From Candidatus Latescibacterota bacterium (GTDB taxonomy: Bacteria > Latescibacterota > UBA2968 > GCA-2709665): a stretch of 64,000 bases of DNA. The notes below the pieces were generated by a model. That model was not told the origin of the DNA. It saw nothing but the letters and a program-made list of their open reading frames with translations, and made no database searches. Position 1 is the stretch's first letter. Every line of letters begins with the position of its first letter. The translations under genes and the position numbers were made by a program. Of the stretch, positions 1 through 8,982 are shown in pieces. The stretch lies in NCBI GenBank assembly GCA_965219455.1, contig OZ244744.1, positions 3,936,001 through 4,000,000 on the forward strand, written 5' to 3'.

Positions 1-127
1 GTACACGACCACGCTGGCGGGCGCCTCGGCCGCGGTGTCCGGCATCGAATCCCTGAAAAGAAACGGCTTGGTCCGGATTCGTTCTCTCCAGGAATTCCAC
101 GGGGAGGAGGCGCGTGACAACGTATGA
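1..127 (+). CDS. carB: Carbamoyl-phosphate synthase large subunit, 3' end (partial)
   Basis: Frame 2 reads YTTTLAGASAAVSGIESLKRNGLVRIRSLQEFH...*, the typical CarB MGS-domain tail (YxTTLAGAxA...SLQExH). Stop at 125-127 overlaps the next ATG. pyrK/pyrD follow. Confidence 0.8.
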   Translation, partial: YTTTLAGASAAVSGIESLKRNGLVRIRSLQEFHGEEARDNV

Positions 128-1905
128 AATCGAACTGGAAAATCCTCGTCCCCTGGATCGTCCTTCTTGCGGGAACACTGGTCTCTGGGTGCGTCTATTA
201 CAACACGTTTTATAACGCCCGAAAACAGTACCGGGAGGCGGAACGAAAACGAGAGGAGGCCGAGAACGTGGCCGCCAGCGGCCAGAGGAGCCGACAGATG
301 GTGTTCCGGTACCGCGATTTCTACATGCGGGTCATACGCAAGGCGTCCATCGTCCTCGACCGGCATCCCGAGAGCAAGTGGGTGGACGACAGCCTGTTGC
401 TCATCGGCAAGGCGTTCTACTGGCGTGACAGCTACGGGGACGCCCTGGTCAAATTCCAGGAACTCCAGGAAAACTTCCCTCAAAGCCTGCTGCTTACAGA
501 AGCGATGTACTGGAAGGGGCTTACGCTCTGGGCGGCCGGAAGAGCCGAAGAAGCGCGGCCGGTATTGGCGAACGTCGGCGAGAGTGCTGATCCGCAATTT
601 TCCGGGAAAGCACGGCTCGCGCTGGCCGAATTGGAAGCCGAAGCCGGCGATCACGCCGCAGCCATAGTTGCGTATCAACAGCTGCTGAAGAGCAAGCCCA
701 GGGGACTCGCCACGAAAATATGGGTGGGCATCGGGAACGCCAGGTTTCAACTGGAACAATACGAGGAAGCCCTGCTGGCCTATCGACGTGTTCTGAAATC
801 AAAACCGAAAAACAAGATCAACTACGAGACCCGCCTTCAGATCGGCCGGATTCTGGAGCGCCAGGGAAAGTTGGACGAAGTCCTTGAAGAATACAAACGT
901 ATTTTGAAGATCAAGAGCCTGAAGTCCTATGGGCCCGACGTCCAACTCAGACGGGCGAACGTGTATCATCTCATGGGTAAACAGGATATCACCGATCAGA
1001 TCTACAATGAAGTCATCGAGCGCAATCCGAGGACCGAGTACAGCGCGAAGGCCTACTACCGCCTGGCGATGGTGGCGCAGAAGACCCACGGAAATATGGA
1101 AGAGGCGCAAGAGCTTTTCGCCAGCGCCCGAAAAGAAAATCCCGGATCCGACGCGGGCAGGGCGGCGAGAGACCGGGAAAGGGACCTGGGCAAACTGGCG
1201 CGCTTCCAGAAGGCGGCGGCCAAAGGCAAAAAAAAGGGCCTGAAAGCCCTTTTCAACGTGGCCGAGATGTATCTGTTTAATTTCTCTGAACCGGATTCCG
1301 CGCTCGCCACGTATCGCAGAGCTTACGAAATCGCCGATAGCCTGGATACCGAACTGGCGCCCAAAGCCCTCTATTCCATTGGCCTCATCTACGCGGACAG
1401 CCTGAAAAACCAGGAGGCGGCCGAACGAACCTTCAGGCAACTGATCGACGCGTATCCGGTCAACCCCTACGCCGTGAATGCCCGCCAACGCCTGACGCAA
1501 ACCCGCGAGGACGACGCCGGGGCGGAAGCCCGGTTTCGCGAGGCCGAATCGCTGATAAACGGGGGGGCGACGCCATCCGGCTATCTGGAGATCCTCAAAC
1601 AACTGCCATTGGAATTCCCCGACAGCCCCTTTGCGGCCAAAGCCCTTTATACAATCGCCTGGACCTATGCGAACCGCCTGGAGAACCCCGATACCGCCCG
1701 GGTCTATTACCAGCGGCTCGCGGACAGCTATCCTCTAACCGAATTTGCGGAAATCGCGTCGGAAAGCCTGAAGGGCAAGTTTCTGAATGCCATCGCGCAG
1801 TCCGATCCGGAAGCGCAATCCGCCGGCGGAACCGACGGAACGACGCCAGCCGACCGGGGAGACGAAACACGCCAGCGGGATTCCGAAAGCGCGCAGAAGA
1901 AATAG
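124..1905 (+). CDS. TPR-repeat outer-membrane lipoprotein (SprE/PorW- or BamD-like)
   Basis: Lipobox LVSGC followed by YYNTFYNA; many TPR repeats with FP/YP-x-S turns (HPESKWVDD, FPQS, YPVNP, FPDSP). Confidence 0.8.
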   Translation: MKSNWKILVPWIVLLAGTLVSGCVYYNTFYNARKQYREAERKREEAENVAASGQRSRQMVFRYRDFYMRVIRKASIVLDRHPESKWVDDSLLLIGKAFYWRDSYGDALVKFQELQENFPQSLLLTEAMYWKGLTLWAAGRAEEARPVLANVGESADPQFSGKARLALAELEAEAGDHAAAIVAYQQLLKSKPRGLATKIWVGIGNARFQLEQYEEALLAYRRVLKSKPKNKINYETRLQIGRILERQGKLDEVLEEYKRILKIKSLKSYGPDVQLRRANVYHLMGKQDITDQIYNEVIERNPRTEYSAKAYYRLAMVAQKTHGNMEEAQELFASARKENPGSDAGRAARDRERDLGKLARFQKAAAKGKKKGLKALFNVAEMYLFNFSEPDSALATYRRAYEIADSLDTELAPKALYSIGLIYADSLKNQEAAERTFRQLIDAYPVNPYAVNARQRLTQTREDDAGAEARFREAESLINGGATPSGYLEILKQLPLEFPDSPFAAKALYTIAWTYANRLENPDTARVYYQRLADSYPLTEFAEIASESLKGKFLNAIAQSDPEAQSAGGTDGTTPADRGDETRQRDSESAQKK

Positions 1906-1968
1906 TCGACGGGACGAGCCACCCGTTCTTCCGTCTGAATCTGTATGTCCGCGTGACGCCTTCGCCCA

Positions 1969-2763
1969 ATGATTCCACAATTTTTCCATGAAAACGCCGA
2001 AGTCCTCGTCAACGAGCAGATTGCTCGAAACGTCTACCTGATGCGCCTGAGCGCGCCGCGAATTGCCCGGGCATGCCGCCCCGCCCAGTTTGTTCAGGTT
2101 CTGACCCACGCATGCCAGGCGCCTTATTTGCGTCGACCGTTCAGCGCGCTCCGCGTGGACCCCGAGGCGGGATGGATGGAGATCGTCTACGACGCCATCG
2201 GGGAAGGCACCCGCCGGATGGCCGTGGCCGTGGCCGGTCATCGCCTGGACCTGCTCGGGCCTCTCGGTCGACCCTTTGTCCCTCCCGAAGCCCACCTGAT
2301 TCTGCTCGTTGCCGGAGGGGTGGGCCTGGTACCCCTTGCCTTTATGGCCTGGTTCCATAGGGAACGTCGAGCTGAAATGGTCTTTCTGATGGGGGCCGCC
2401 AGCAAAACGCGCATGCCTGACATGGATCGTGTGATTCCCGCCGATCTGTGTCGACGGCTGGCTACGGACGACGGCAGCGTGGGGCACACAGGCCCTGTGA
2501 CGGACCTGATTTCGGAGCATGTACTGCGGGACGGAACTCAGGTCCTCACCTGTGGCCCCCACGCCATGATGGCGCGGGTCGCCGAGATCGCGGCCGCACA
2601 CCATCTGCCCTGCTTTGCGTCTCTGGAAAACCACATGGCTTGCGGGTTCGGCGCCTGTGTCGGCTGTGTTGTGGAATACCGGACCGCGGGCCGGGAAGAC
2701 CATCGATACCGGCGGGTCTGCATTGAAGGCCCCGTGCTGGATGCCCACGCGATCGTCTGGTAA
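1969..2763 (+). CDS. pyrK: Dihydroorotate dehydrogenase electron transfer subunit
   Basis: LRRPFS FAD motif, GPLG, AGGVGLVP, CGPHAMM, and the [2Fe-2S] motif MACGFGACVGC...RVCIEGP. Confidence 0.95.
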   Translation: MIPQFFHENAEVLVNEQIARNVYLMRLSAPRIARACRPAQFVQVLTHACQAPYLRRPFSALRVDPEAGWMEIVYDAIGEGTRRMAVAVAGHRLDLLGPLGRPFVPPEAHLILLVAGGVGLVPLAFMAWFHRERRAEMVFLMGAASKTRMPDMDRVIPADLCRRLATDDGSVGHTGPVTDLISEHVLRDGTQVLTCGPHAMMARVAEIAAAHHLPCFASLENHMACGFGACVGCVVEYRTAGREDHRYRRVCIEGPVLDAHAIVW

Positions 2764-2846
2764 AACGGTGCCCGTTCGGCCTGGCACACGGAGAATCCGT
2801 GCGGCGAGAGACGGTTTCCGGTTCGAATATACAACGCTCGAATTCC

Positions 2847-3770
2847 ATGGACCTTTCCACACACATCGGCGGCGGTCTTACCATCAGGAACCCCGTGATG
2901 ATGGCCTCGGGCACCATCGGGCACGGCGCCGAGTACGCGGGGATGTTCGACTTCGCGCGGGTCGGCGGCGTGGTCACCAAAACCATAACCTATCACCCCC
3001 GCGCCGGCAACAGCGCCCCCCGCACCGCGGAAACCCCGTCGGGGATGCTGAATTCCATCGGCCTGACGAACCCCGGACTTGACGGCTTCATTGTGGAAAA
3101 GATCCCGGCCTTACAGGCCCTACCGACAGCGCGGGTTGTCAGCATCGCCGGCACTTCAAACGATGAATTCGCCGAAATGACGCGCCGGTTCAATGACGTA
3201 CCGGACGTCGACGCCCTTGAATTGAATATCTCGTCGCCCAATATGAAAGACGGCGGCCAACTCTTCGGATGTCGAGAGCAGGCCGCACATGACGTCACGG
3301 CAGCCGTAAAGGCAGTCTCAAGGATTCCCGTCATCGTCAAGCTGACGCCCAACGTAACCGACATTGCCGCCGTGGCTGCAGCCGTGGAAGAAGGCGGCGC
3401 AGACGGCATCGCGCTTATCAACACCCTGCTGGGGCTGGCCGTGGACATCGGCTCCCGGCGCCCCGTCTTGGGCAATATCACCGGCGGTCTTTCCGGACCT
3501 GCCATCAAGCCGGTTGCGCTGGCGATGGTGTGGAAGGTCGCAAACACCGTCACGATCCCGATTGTCGGCATGGGCGGCATTGCTACGGCTCAAGACGCAA
3601 TCGAGTTTCTCATCGTTGGCGCATCCGCCGTTCAGGTTGGAACCACCACCTTTATCAACCCCTGGGCTGCCCTGGAGATTGTCGATGGGATCGCCGATTA
3701 CTGCCGCAGCCACCGGATCGGTCGCATATCAGACCTCGTGGGTTCGTTTGAAACCGGGCCGTGGAACTGA
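2847..3770 (+). CDS. pyrD: Dihydroorotate dehydrogenase family 1B, catalytic subunit
   Basis: NPVMMASGT, GMLNSIGLTNPG, ELNISSPN, VKLTPNV, GGLSGPAIKP; follows pyrK. ATG 2847 chosen as start. Confidence 0.95.
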   Translation: MDLSTHIGGGLTIRNPVMMASGTIGHGAEYAGMFDFARVGGVVTKTITYHPRAGNSAPRTAETPSGMLNSIGLTNPGLDGFIVEKIPALQALPTARVVSIAGTSNDEFAEMTRRFNDVPDVDALELNISSPNMKDGGQLFGCREQAAHDVTAAVKAVSRIPVIVKLTPNVTDIAAVAAAVEEGGADGIALINTLLGLAVDIGSRRPVLGNITGGLSGPAIKPVALAMVWKVANTVTIPIVGMGGIATAQDAIEFLIVGASAVQVGTTTFINPWAALEIVDGIADYCRSHRIGRISDLVGSFETGPWN

Positions 3771-4212
3771 CCGCGTCGCAATTCACATCCTCCTGATACT
3801 TGCAATCGGCCTCACTTCAGGCTGTTTCTCGCGACCCAGGTATCGCTCCTCGCCGCCCAGGGACAACTCCGAAAAAACAACGGTCGATTCTCCCGTGATT
3901 TCGACCGAAGACGCCTTTCAGGTTGGCGTTGCCTCTTTTTATGCGCACAAGTTTCACGGCCGTCCCACCGCCAGCGGTGAAATATTCAATATGTACGGCC
4001 TCACCGCCGCGCATCGGGAACTTCCACTCGGTACCGTCATCCACGTAACCCATCTCGGCAACGGACGAAGCGTTCAGGTGAAGGTCAACGACCGGGGACC
4101 CTTTGTTAAAGGCCGGATTCTCGACCTTTCCCTGGGTGCGGCCCGTCGTCTGGACATGGTTGAAGAGGGCGTTGCCCGGGTCAAAATCCGAATTGTCAAG
4201 GCCATCGATTGA
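3748..4212 (+). CDS. rlpA: Septal ring lytic transglycosylase RlpA family lipoprotein
   Basis: Lipobox LTSGC and DPBB motifs GVASFY, TASGE, TAAHRELP, VNDRGPF, ILDLS. Probable TTG start at 3748 within ORF 3364..4212 (start uncertain). Confidence 0.9.
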   Translation: MKPGRGTDRVAIHILLILAIGLTSGCFSRPRYRSSPPRDNSEKTTVDSPVISTEDAFQVGVASFYAHKFHGRPTASGEIFNMYGLTAAHRELPLGTVIHVTHLGNGRSVQVKVNDRGPFVKGRILDLSLGAARRLDMVEEGVARVKIRIVKAID

Positions 4213-4249
4213 GGATACTGCAATACCGCGAGCGTAACGAGGCGGGCGG

Positions 4250-5500
4250 TCAACGCCCGCGGCTGGATTCCCGTTGCGAGAGGGCTCGGAAAGCGAACTG
4301 AGCGATGAAGTCGATACCCAGCAACCGACCCATCACCCGCCAGTCGTTCAGGTCGACGGCGCTCAGTCCCGGGCCGCCGCCGTCCAGCACCAGCGTGCCG
4401 ATGTAGAGGCGCGAGCCATCCGGAGAAACGCCAATCGTGGACGCGGCATCGCCGACACGGAGACGCCTGGATATAAGATTGCGCCGTACGTCAATGGCCA
4501 CCAGGAATCCGCCCGTTCGGGTCTCGCTCGAAGCCACGTAAAGCGTCTGGCCATCCGGTGAAAACGCCAGTCCCCTTGCGGAATCTCCACTCAGCTGAAT
4601 GCCCCCTGCGACCTGATCCGAATTCAGATCCAGAACCGAAACGATACCGCGGTTAATGTTGGTCACATATGCCCGTCCGCCGTCCGTCGTTATGCCGATC
4701 TCACCGGGGACGGCGCCGATAATGATGCCGCCCACGTTTTCTCTTCGATCCACGTCGATGACCGAAATGTCACGACTGTCGGCATTCGCCACGTAGAGCT
4801 TCTTCCCATTCGGCAGAATCGCCACGTCGATCGGTCTCTGTCCGACGGAGATCGTATCGACGGGGACCCGCGCCACCAGGTCCAACACCACCAGCCGGTC
4901 GTGGCGTTCTTCCGTCACGTATGCGAACCGCTCGTCGGGGCTCAGGACAATCCGCCCCTGTGATTCCGTCGGTATCGAAAACAGCGCTTCGTGATTCGCA
5001 TTAATGGCGAAGAGCCCGAATCCTTCCGAAACGAAAATTGTCTGTTCGTCCGCCGAGACCGCGATACCGGTCGGTCCCCGAAACCTCAGATAATCCGAAA
5101 GCAAATAAGATTCCGAATCGAAGATTGCCGCCCCCCCCAGCAACGGGTCGAGCACGTAAACGGCGTAGCGGGTGGATGTAGCGGCGTCAGAACGGACCCC
5201 GTACGCGGCGCCGAAAGAGACAAAATCGGAAAAATCGATGGCGCCGTCGCCATTCAGATCCATCCTGGCGTCGTACGCCGCTTCGCCTTCCCGGGCGCTG
5301 AAGCTCCGCGCGAACAACAGGAAATCCGAGAATCCGACAACGCCGTCGTCGTCAAAATCCGCCTCGAGCGGACCCTCCGACCTGAGCGTTACGGGTCCTT
5401 CGGGCTGCCAGGTCAACTTTGGAATCTGCCCTTGCGCCGGATAGACGGAAGCAGAGAAGAAAAAAACGAAAAGCAGCAACCGGTTGAGATTCCCAGTCAT
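4250..5500 (-). CDS. Secreted YVTN/YncE-type beta-propeller protein with N-terminal dockerin-like EF-hand pair
   Basis: Signal peptide MTGNLNRLLLFVFFFSASVYPAQG; paired DFDDDGVVGFSDF / DLNGDGAIDFSDF; repeats YVTE, YVAN, YVTN with SPDG turns. Confidence 0.85.
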   Translation of the reverse strand: MTGNLNRLLLFVFFFSASVYPAQGQIPKLTWQPEGPVTLRSEGPLEADFDDDGVVGFSDFLLFARSFSAREGEAAYDARMDLNGDGAIDFSDFVSFGAAYGVRSDAATSTRYAVYVLDPLLGGAAIFDSESYLLSDYLRFRGPTGIAVSADEQTIFVSEGFGLFAINANHEALFSIPTESQGRIVLSPDERFAYVTEERHDRLVVLDLVARVPVDTISVGQRPIDVAILPNGKKLYVANADSRDISVIDVDRRENVGGIIIGAVPGEIGITTDGGRAYVTNINRGIVSVLDLNSDQVAGGIQLSGDSARGLAFSPDGQTLYVASSETRTGGFLVAIDVRRNLISRRLRVGDAASTIGVSPDGSRLYIGTLVLDGGGPGLSAVDLNDWRVMGRLLGIDFIAQFAFRALSQRESSRGR

Positions 5501-5567
5501 GGAGCATCCTTTTCTGAAGGCACTCAGGCCTTCTCGGAATTTCGCGAACGGGCGCCCGGATTCGCCA

Positions 5568-6779
5568 TCATCCGGCCAGGGCCGCCCGCGCCACCCGGAG
5601 CATGTTGCCACCCAGGATTTTTTGGATATCTGCATCCGAATAACCGCGCTGGACCATACCCACCGTAAAGAGCGGCCAGTTGGTCCACGCGAGACTCTTC
5701 ACCATGTGATCCTGCCGCCAGTGGGCGTTGAACGCATCCGGCGGCCAGAACGCCGCCCAGCGCGGACGCCTGCGCGAACGCGGCGCCTTCCTCCTTTCCT
5801 CGCTGGACGCGCGTGAGGCGTAGGCCGTATCCGTCCCGATCGTGACATGATCGGCGCCGTACGTTCTTACCATATAATCGACGTGATCCAGTAGCGCCCG
5901 TATGTCTCCACTTCGCCCCAGGAAGGCCGGAATGCAGCAGATGCCCACGTAACCGCCCGTATCCACAATCGTCCGGATTACGTTGTCCGGTTTGCACCGG
6001 ATGTGTTCGTTTACCGTACAGCAGCCCGAATGGCTGGCCACCATCGGAACCGAAGACGCCCTGGCCGCTTCCAGGCTGGTCTGCCAGCCAGCGTGCGCCA
6101 CGTCCACGATCACGCCCACGCGATTCATCTCGGCCACGACCGATCTGCCGAGGTCGCTCAAGCCCGCGTTGGCCGGCTCCGCGCACCCGTCTCCCAGCAT
6201 ATTCCGCCGGTTGTACGTCAGGTGCATGATCCGAATCCCCAGTTGAAAAAAGATTCGAATATATCTCAGCTCCTCTTCCACGGTCACCCAGTCCTGTGAA
6301 AGGGGTACGCCGTTCCCGCTCATATAAAAACACCGTTTGCCCTGTGCCTTGGCTGCCTCGATATCCGCCGGCGTGGTTGCCCGCAGCAGGAAATCCCGCA
6401 TGACGTCGGCCACATAGGTAAACCGGGCGAGACGTTTAATCAATCGTAAAGGCGCCTGCCCCTCCTCGCCGGCATTCTGCACGATACAGGTCACGCCGCC
6501 CGACCGCCATGCCTCCTGAAACTCCGTCCGCTCGCCCGGATCGGTTGCGCACCGGGTCATTGACATGTCCTCATTCATGTCGTTCAACTCCGCCTCCGAC
6601 GCACCGGCTTCGACGGCAGCCGCCATCGCGTCTCCATCGATAGCGGCCCTGGGTGCGAATCCGTACGTGTCGCACACGATTGATTCCGCGTGCAAGGCCA
6701 ACCCGTGTTCCAACTCATTCTTTCGCGGCTTCAATATCTGAAGCGCAACCTGCCGCGCCTCTTCGATTTTTTCAATCAT
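5568..6779 (-). CDS. Membrane dipeptidase (peptidase M19) family protein
   Basis: GIRIMHLTYNRRN, GLSDLGRSVVAEMNRVGVIVDVAH, ASHSG, IGTD, KILGGN. Confidence 0.85.
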   Translation of the reverse strand: MIEKIEEARQVALQILKPRKNELEHGLALHAESIVCDTYGFAPRAAIDGDAMAAAVEAGASEAELNDMNEDMSMTRCATDPGERTEFQEAWRSGGVTCIVQNAGEEGQAPLRLIKRLARFTYVADVMRDFLLRATTPADIEAAKAQGKRCFYMSGNGVPLSQDWVTVEEELRYIRIFFQLGIRIMHLTYNRRNMLGDGCAEPANAGLSDLGRSVVAEMNRVGVIVDVAHAGWQTSLEAARASSVPMVASHSGCCTVNEHIRCKPDNVIRTIVDTGGYVGICCIPAFLGRSGDIRALLDHVDYMVRTYGADHVTIGTDTAYASRASSEERRKAPRSRRRPRWAAFWPPDAFNAHWRQDHMVKSLAWTNWPLFTVGMVQRGYSDADIQKILGGNMLRVARAALAG

Positions 6780-6962
6780 CTCGCGTCCCCTGTCCGTGAA
6801 TGCCTCGTTGGCCGCCGAATTACCGATCCCGAGAAAATATACGATAACGTCCGCACGCGATCAACGATGAGATTTCAAAAACCCGGGAGACGGGATCCAG
6901 TGAAAACCGGGATCCTGCGGTGGCGCGGCCGTCGCAGTCGCAGTGGATTACCCAGAAAGTCC

Positions 6963-6990
6963 TTGCGTCTTTCGAATTTTCTCATACATT
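6963..6990 (+). promoter_or_regulatory. Putative sigma70 promoter for the S1-domain gene
   Basis: TTGCGT-N16-TACATT in an AT-richer patch upstream of 7115. Confidence 0.35.
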
Positions 6991-7114
6991 TATATGTCTA
7001 GATCCGAGGGCCTCATGATGGGAGCAGGCCTGAAGATCCCCGTGCCGTGCGCGCCGGGCGAGAGTGCGGGGGTTTGACCGAACATCGCCGGAAGAGGGGC
7101 ATGAGAGAACCCGC

Positions 7115-8341
7115 ATGAACGAACCGCGAAATGTCCATGAAATGGACGAAAAATACGTTGCCGACCGTTCCAGCGACGAATTCGCAGCAATGCTCGAAGG
7201 AGAACCGGATCGGGCGCCGGAGCCGATACTTTCGGTGGGCCAGCGGCTCTCGGGACGTATCCAGACCATCGATGAATCCTCGGTGTTTGTAAACTATGGA
7301 GGCCGGAGCGAGGCCGTTGTCGACATCCAGGAACTGAGAGACGAACACGGTGAGGTCTCCTGCCAGGTTGGCGATAACATTGAAGCCTTTGTCGCTTCGG
7401 TGGAGAACGAAGTCCGATTGACCCTGTCCCGGCGTTCGGGCAACGTCCAGATACTGCGTCAGGCCTACGAAAACAACATACCGGTCGACGGACGGGTTAC
7501 CGGGTTCAACTCCGGCGGTCTGGTCGTCAACCTCAGCGGCCGGCGGGCCTTCTGTCCGGTTTCCCAGATCGATACGGGTTACAGCAAAGATCTGGCCTCT
7601 TATGCCGGCCAGACCCATACGTTTAAAATTGTTGAATTCCGAGGTCGGGGCCGCAACATCGTACTGTCGCGCCGCGCCCATCTCGAAGCCGAGGCCGCCC
7701 GCCGCGCGGACGAATTGCGTGAAAAACTCAAAGAGGGCGCGGAAGTCACGGGAAAGATCACCCGGCTTGAACGGTTCGGTGTCTTTGTCGACCTCGGCGG
7801 CGTGGAGGGGCTGGTCCACATTTCGGAAATTGCGCACAACCGGGTCGGGCATCCGAAAGACGTGCTCCGGTCCGGAGACGAAGTCAACGTGAAGATTCTG
7901 GAACTCAAGGGCCTCGGAGGAGACAAGGAACGGATCTCGCTCTCCATAAAGGCGCTCCTGCCCGACCCTTGGGACGGTGCGATCGAGAAATATAAAGAGG
8001 GGGAGGTTATCACCGGAAAAGTCGTCTCGATTCAGCAATTCGGCGCCTTTGTCGAGGTCGCTCCGGGTGTGGAGGGCTTGGTTCACGTCTCCCAACTCGC
8101 GCGAAGCCGCGTGGCGCGGCCCGCCGACGCCGTTTCGGTGGGGCAGGAAGTTCGCGCCCGAGTCCGGAAAATCGACCGGGAAAAGAAACGCATCTCCCTT
8201 TCCATACGCGACGTGCAGGAAGAAGAAAAGAAAGCGGTTGAAGTCAAGGAAATCAAAGCGTTCAAGATCAAGGAAAACACGTCCGACAACAAATCTGAAA
8301 GCGTCATGGCCGACGCCCTCCGCCGGGCCGGATTGCTATAG
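7115..8341 (+). CDS. S1 RNA-binding domain protein (ribosomal protein S1-like, four S1 domains)
   Basis: AFCPVSQID, FGVFVDLGGVEGLVHISEI, RISLSIK, FGAFVEVAPGVEGLVHVSQL. Confidence 0.9.
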   Translation: MNEPRNVHEMDEKYVADRSSDEFAAMLEGEPDRAPEPILSVGQRLSGRIQTIDESSVFVNYGGRSEAVVDIQELRDEHGEVSCQVGDNIEAFVASVENEVRLTLSRRSGNVQILRQAYENNIPVDGRVTGFNSGGLVVNLSGRRAFCPVSQIDTGYSKDLASYAGQTHTFKIVEFRGRGRNIVLSRRAHLEAEAARRADELREKLKEGAEVTGKITRLERFGVFVDLGGVEGLVHISEIAHNRVGHPKDVLRSGDEVNVKILELKGLGGDKERISLSIKALLPDPWDGAIEKYKEGEVITGKVVSIQQFGAFVEVAPGVEGLVHVSQLARSRVARPADAVSVGQEVRARVRKIDREKKRISLSIRDVQEEEKKAVEVKEIKAFKIKENTSDNKSESVMADALRRAGLL

Positions 8342-8396
8342 AAGCGGGTCTCAGGATCCGTCATCCGGGCGGCCGAGAACGGCCTGAGATACCGGC

Positions 8397-8747
8397 ATGC
8401 CCCTCTATAACACCGATCCTGAAATCCTCCTCAGGGAAGTGCAATTCCATCCCTTTCGCGGTGGGGGTCCGGGCGGCCAGCACAGAAACAAGGTTGAAAG
8501 CGCAGTCAGGCTTGTACACATTCCCACAGGAATCACGGTCGTTGCGTCCGAACATCGCCTCCAGGGGCGCAACAGGGACCTTGCCCTCCAGCGTCTCCGG
8601 CGGAAACTCATCGGATTGAACCACACGGCCAAACCCCGCGTACCCACCAGACCCTCGCGCGCGTCCAGGGCACGACGCCTGGAACATAAACGCCGTTTGT
8701 CGCGCAAGAAATCACTTCGCCGCATCGTGGACAGGTCGCATTTGTAG
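8397..8747 (+). CDS. arfB: Stop-codon-independent peptidyl-tRNA hydrolase (ArfB-like, short type)
   Basis: GGPGGQHRNK with the GGQ motif, plus a basic C-terminal tail KPRVPTRPSRASRARRLEHKRRLSRKKSLRR. Confidence 0.75.
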   Translation: MPLYNTDPEILLREVQFHPFRGGGPGGQHRNKVESAVRLVHIPTGITVVASEHRLQGRNRDLALQRLRRKLIGLNHTAKPRVPTRPSRASRARRLEHKRRLSRKKSLRRIVDRSHL

Positions 8748-8862
8748 CCCTTCGACCGAGGGGTCGGGCCAACCTCCACGTCCCGTGCTATTCTGCGTCC
8801 GCCGGATCCCTGGTCGTTGCGCACACCGCCTACCGATATTTCGGCATATTCGACGGCAGGAC

Positions 8863-8888
8863 TGAATCAAATCGAAGGTTCGTGCGTC
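8863..8888 (+). promoter_or_regulatory. Putative ECF-sigma promoter upstream of the RND pump
   Basis: TGAATC-N16-CGTC, close to the SigW/SigX-type TGAAAC-N16-CGTM consensus. Confidence 0.35.
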
Positions 8889-8898
8889 TTATGTTTAT

Positions 8899-8960
8899 GG
8901 CTTGTATCGGCCCTTAACATATGAAGCGCCCGGCAATCTATGTCCGGGACGGGACTCAAG
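8899..8960. repeat. ~60-bp palindromic repeat / mini-MITE (copy A)
   Basis: The reverse complement of 8931-8960 (CTTGAGTCCCGTCCCGGACATAGATTGCCG) matches 14239-14268 at 25/30 positions. Confidence 0.6.
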
Positions 8961-8982
8961 AGGTCAACCGAGTGCCTTTTCT

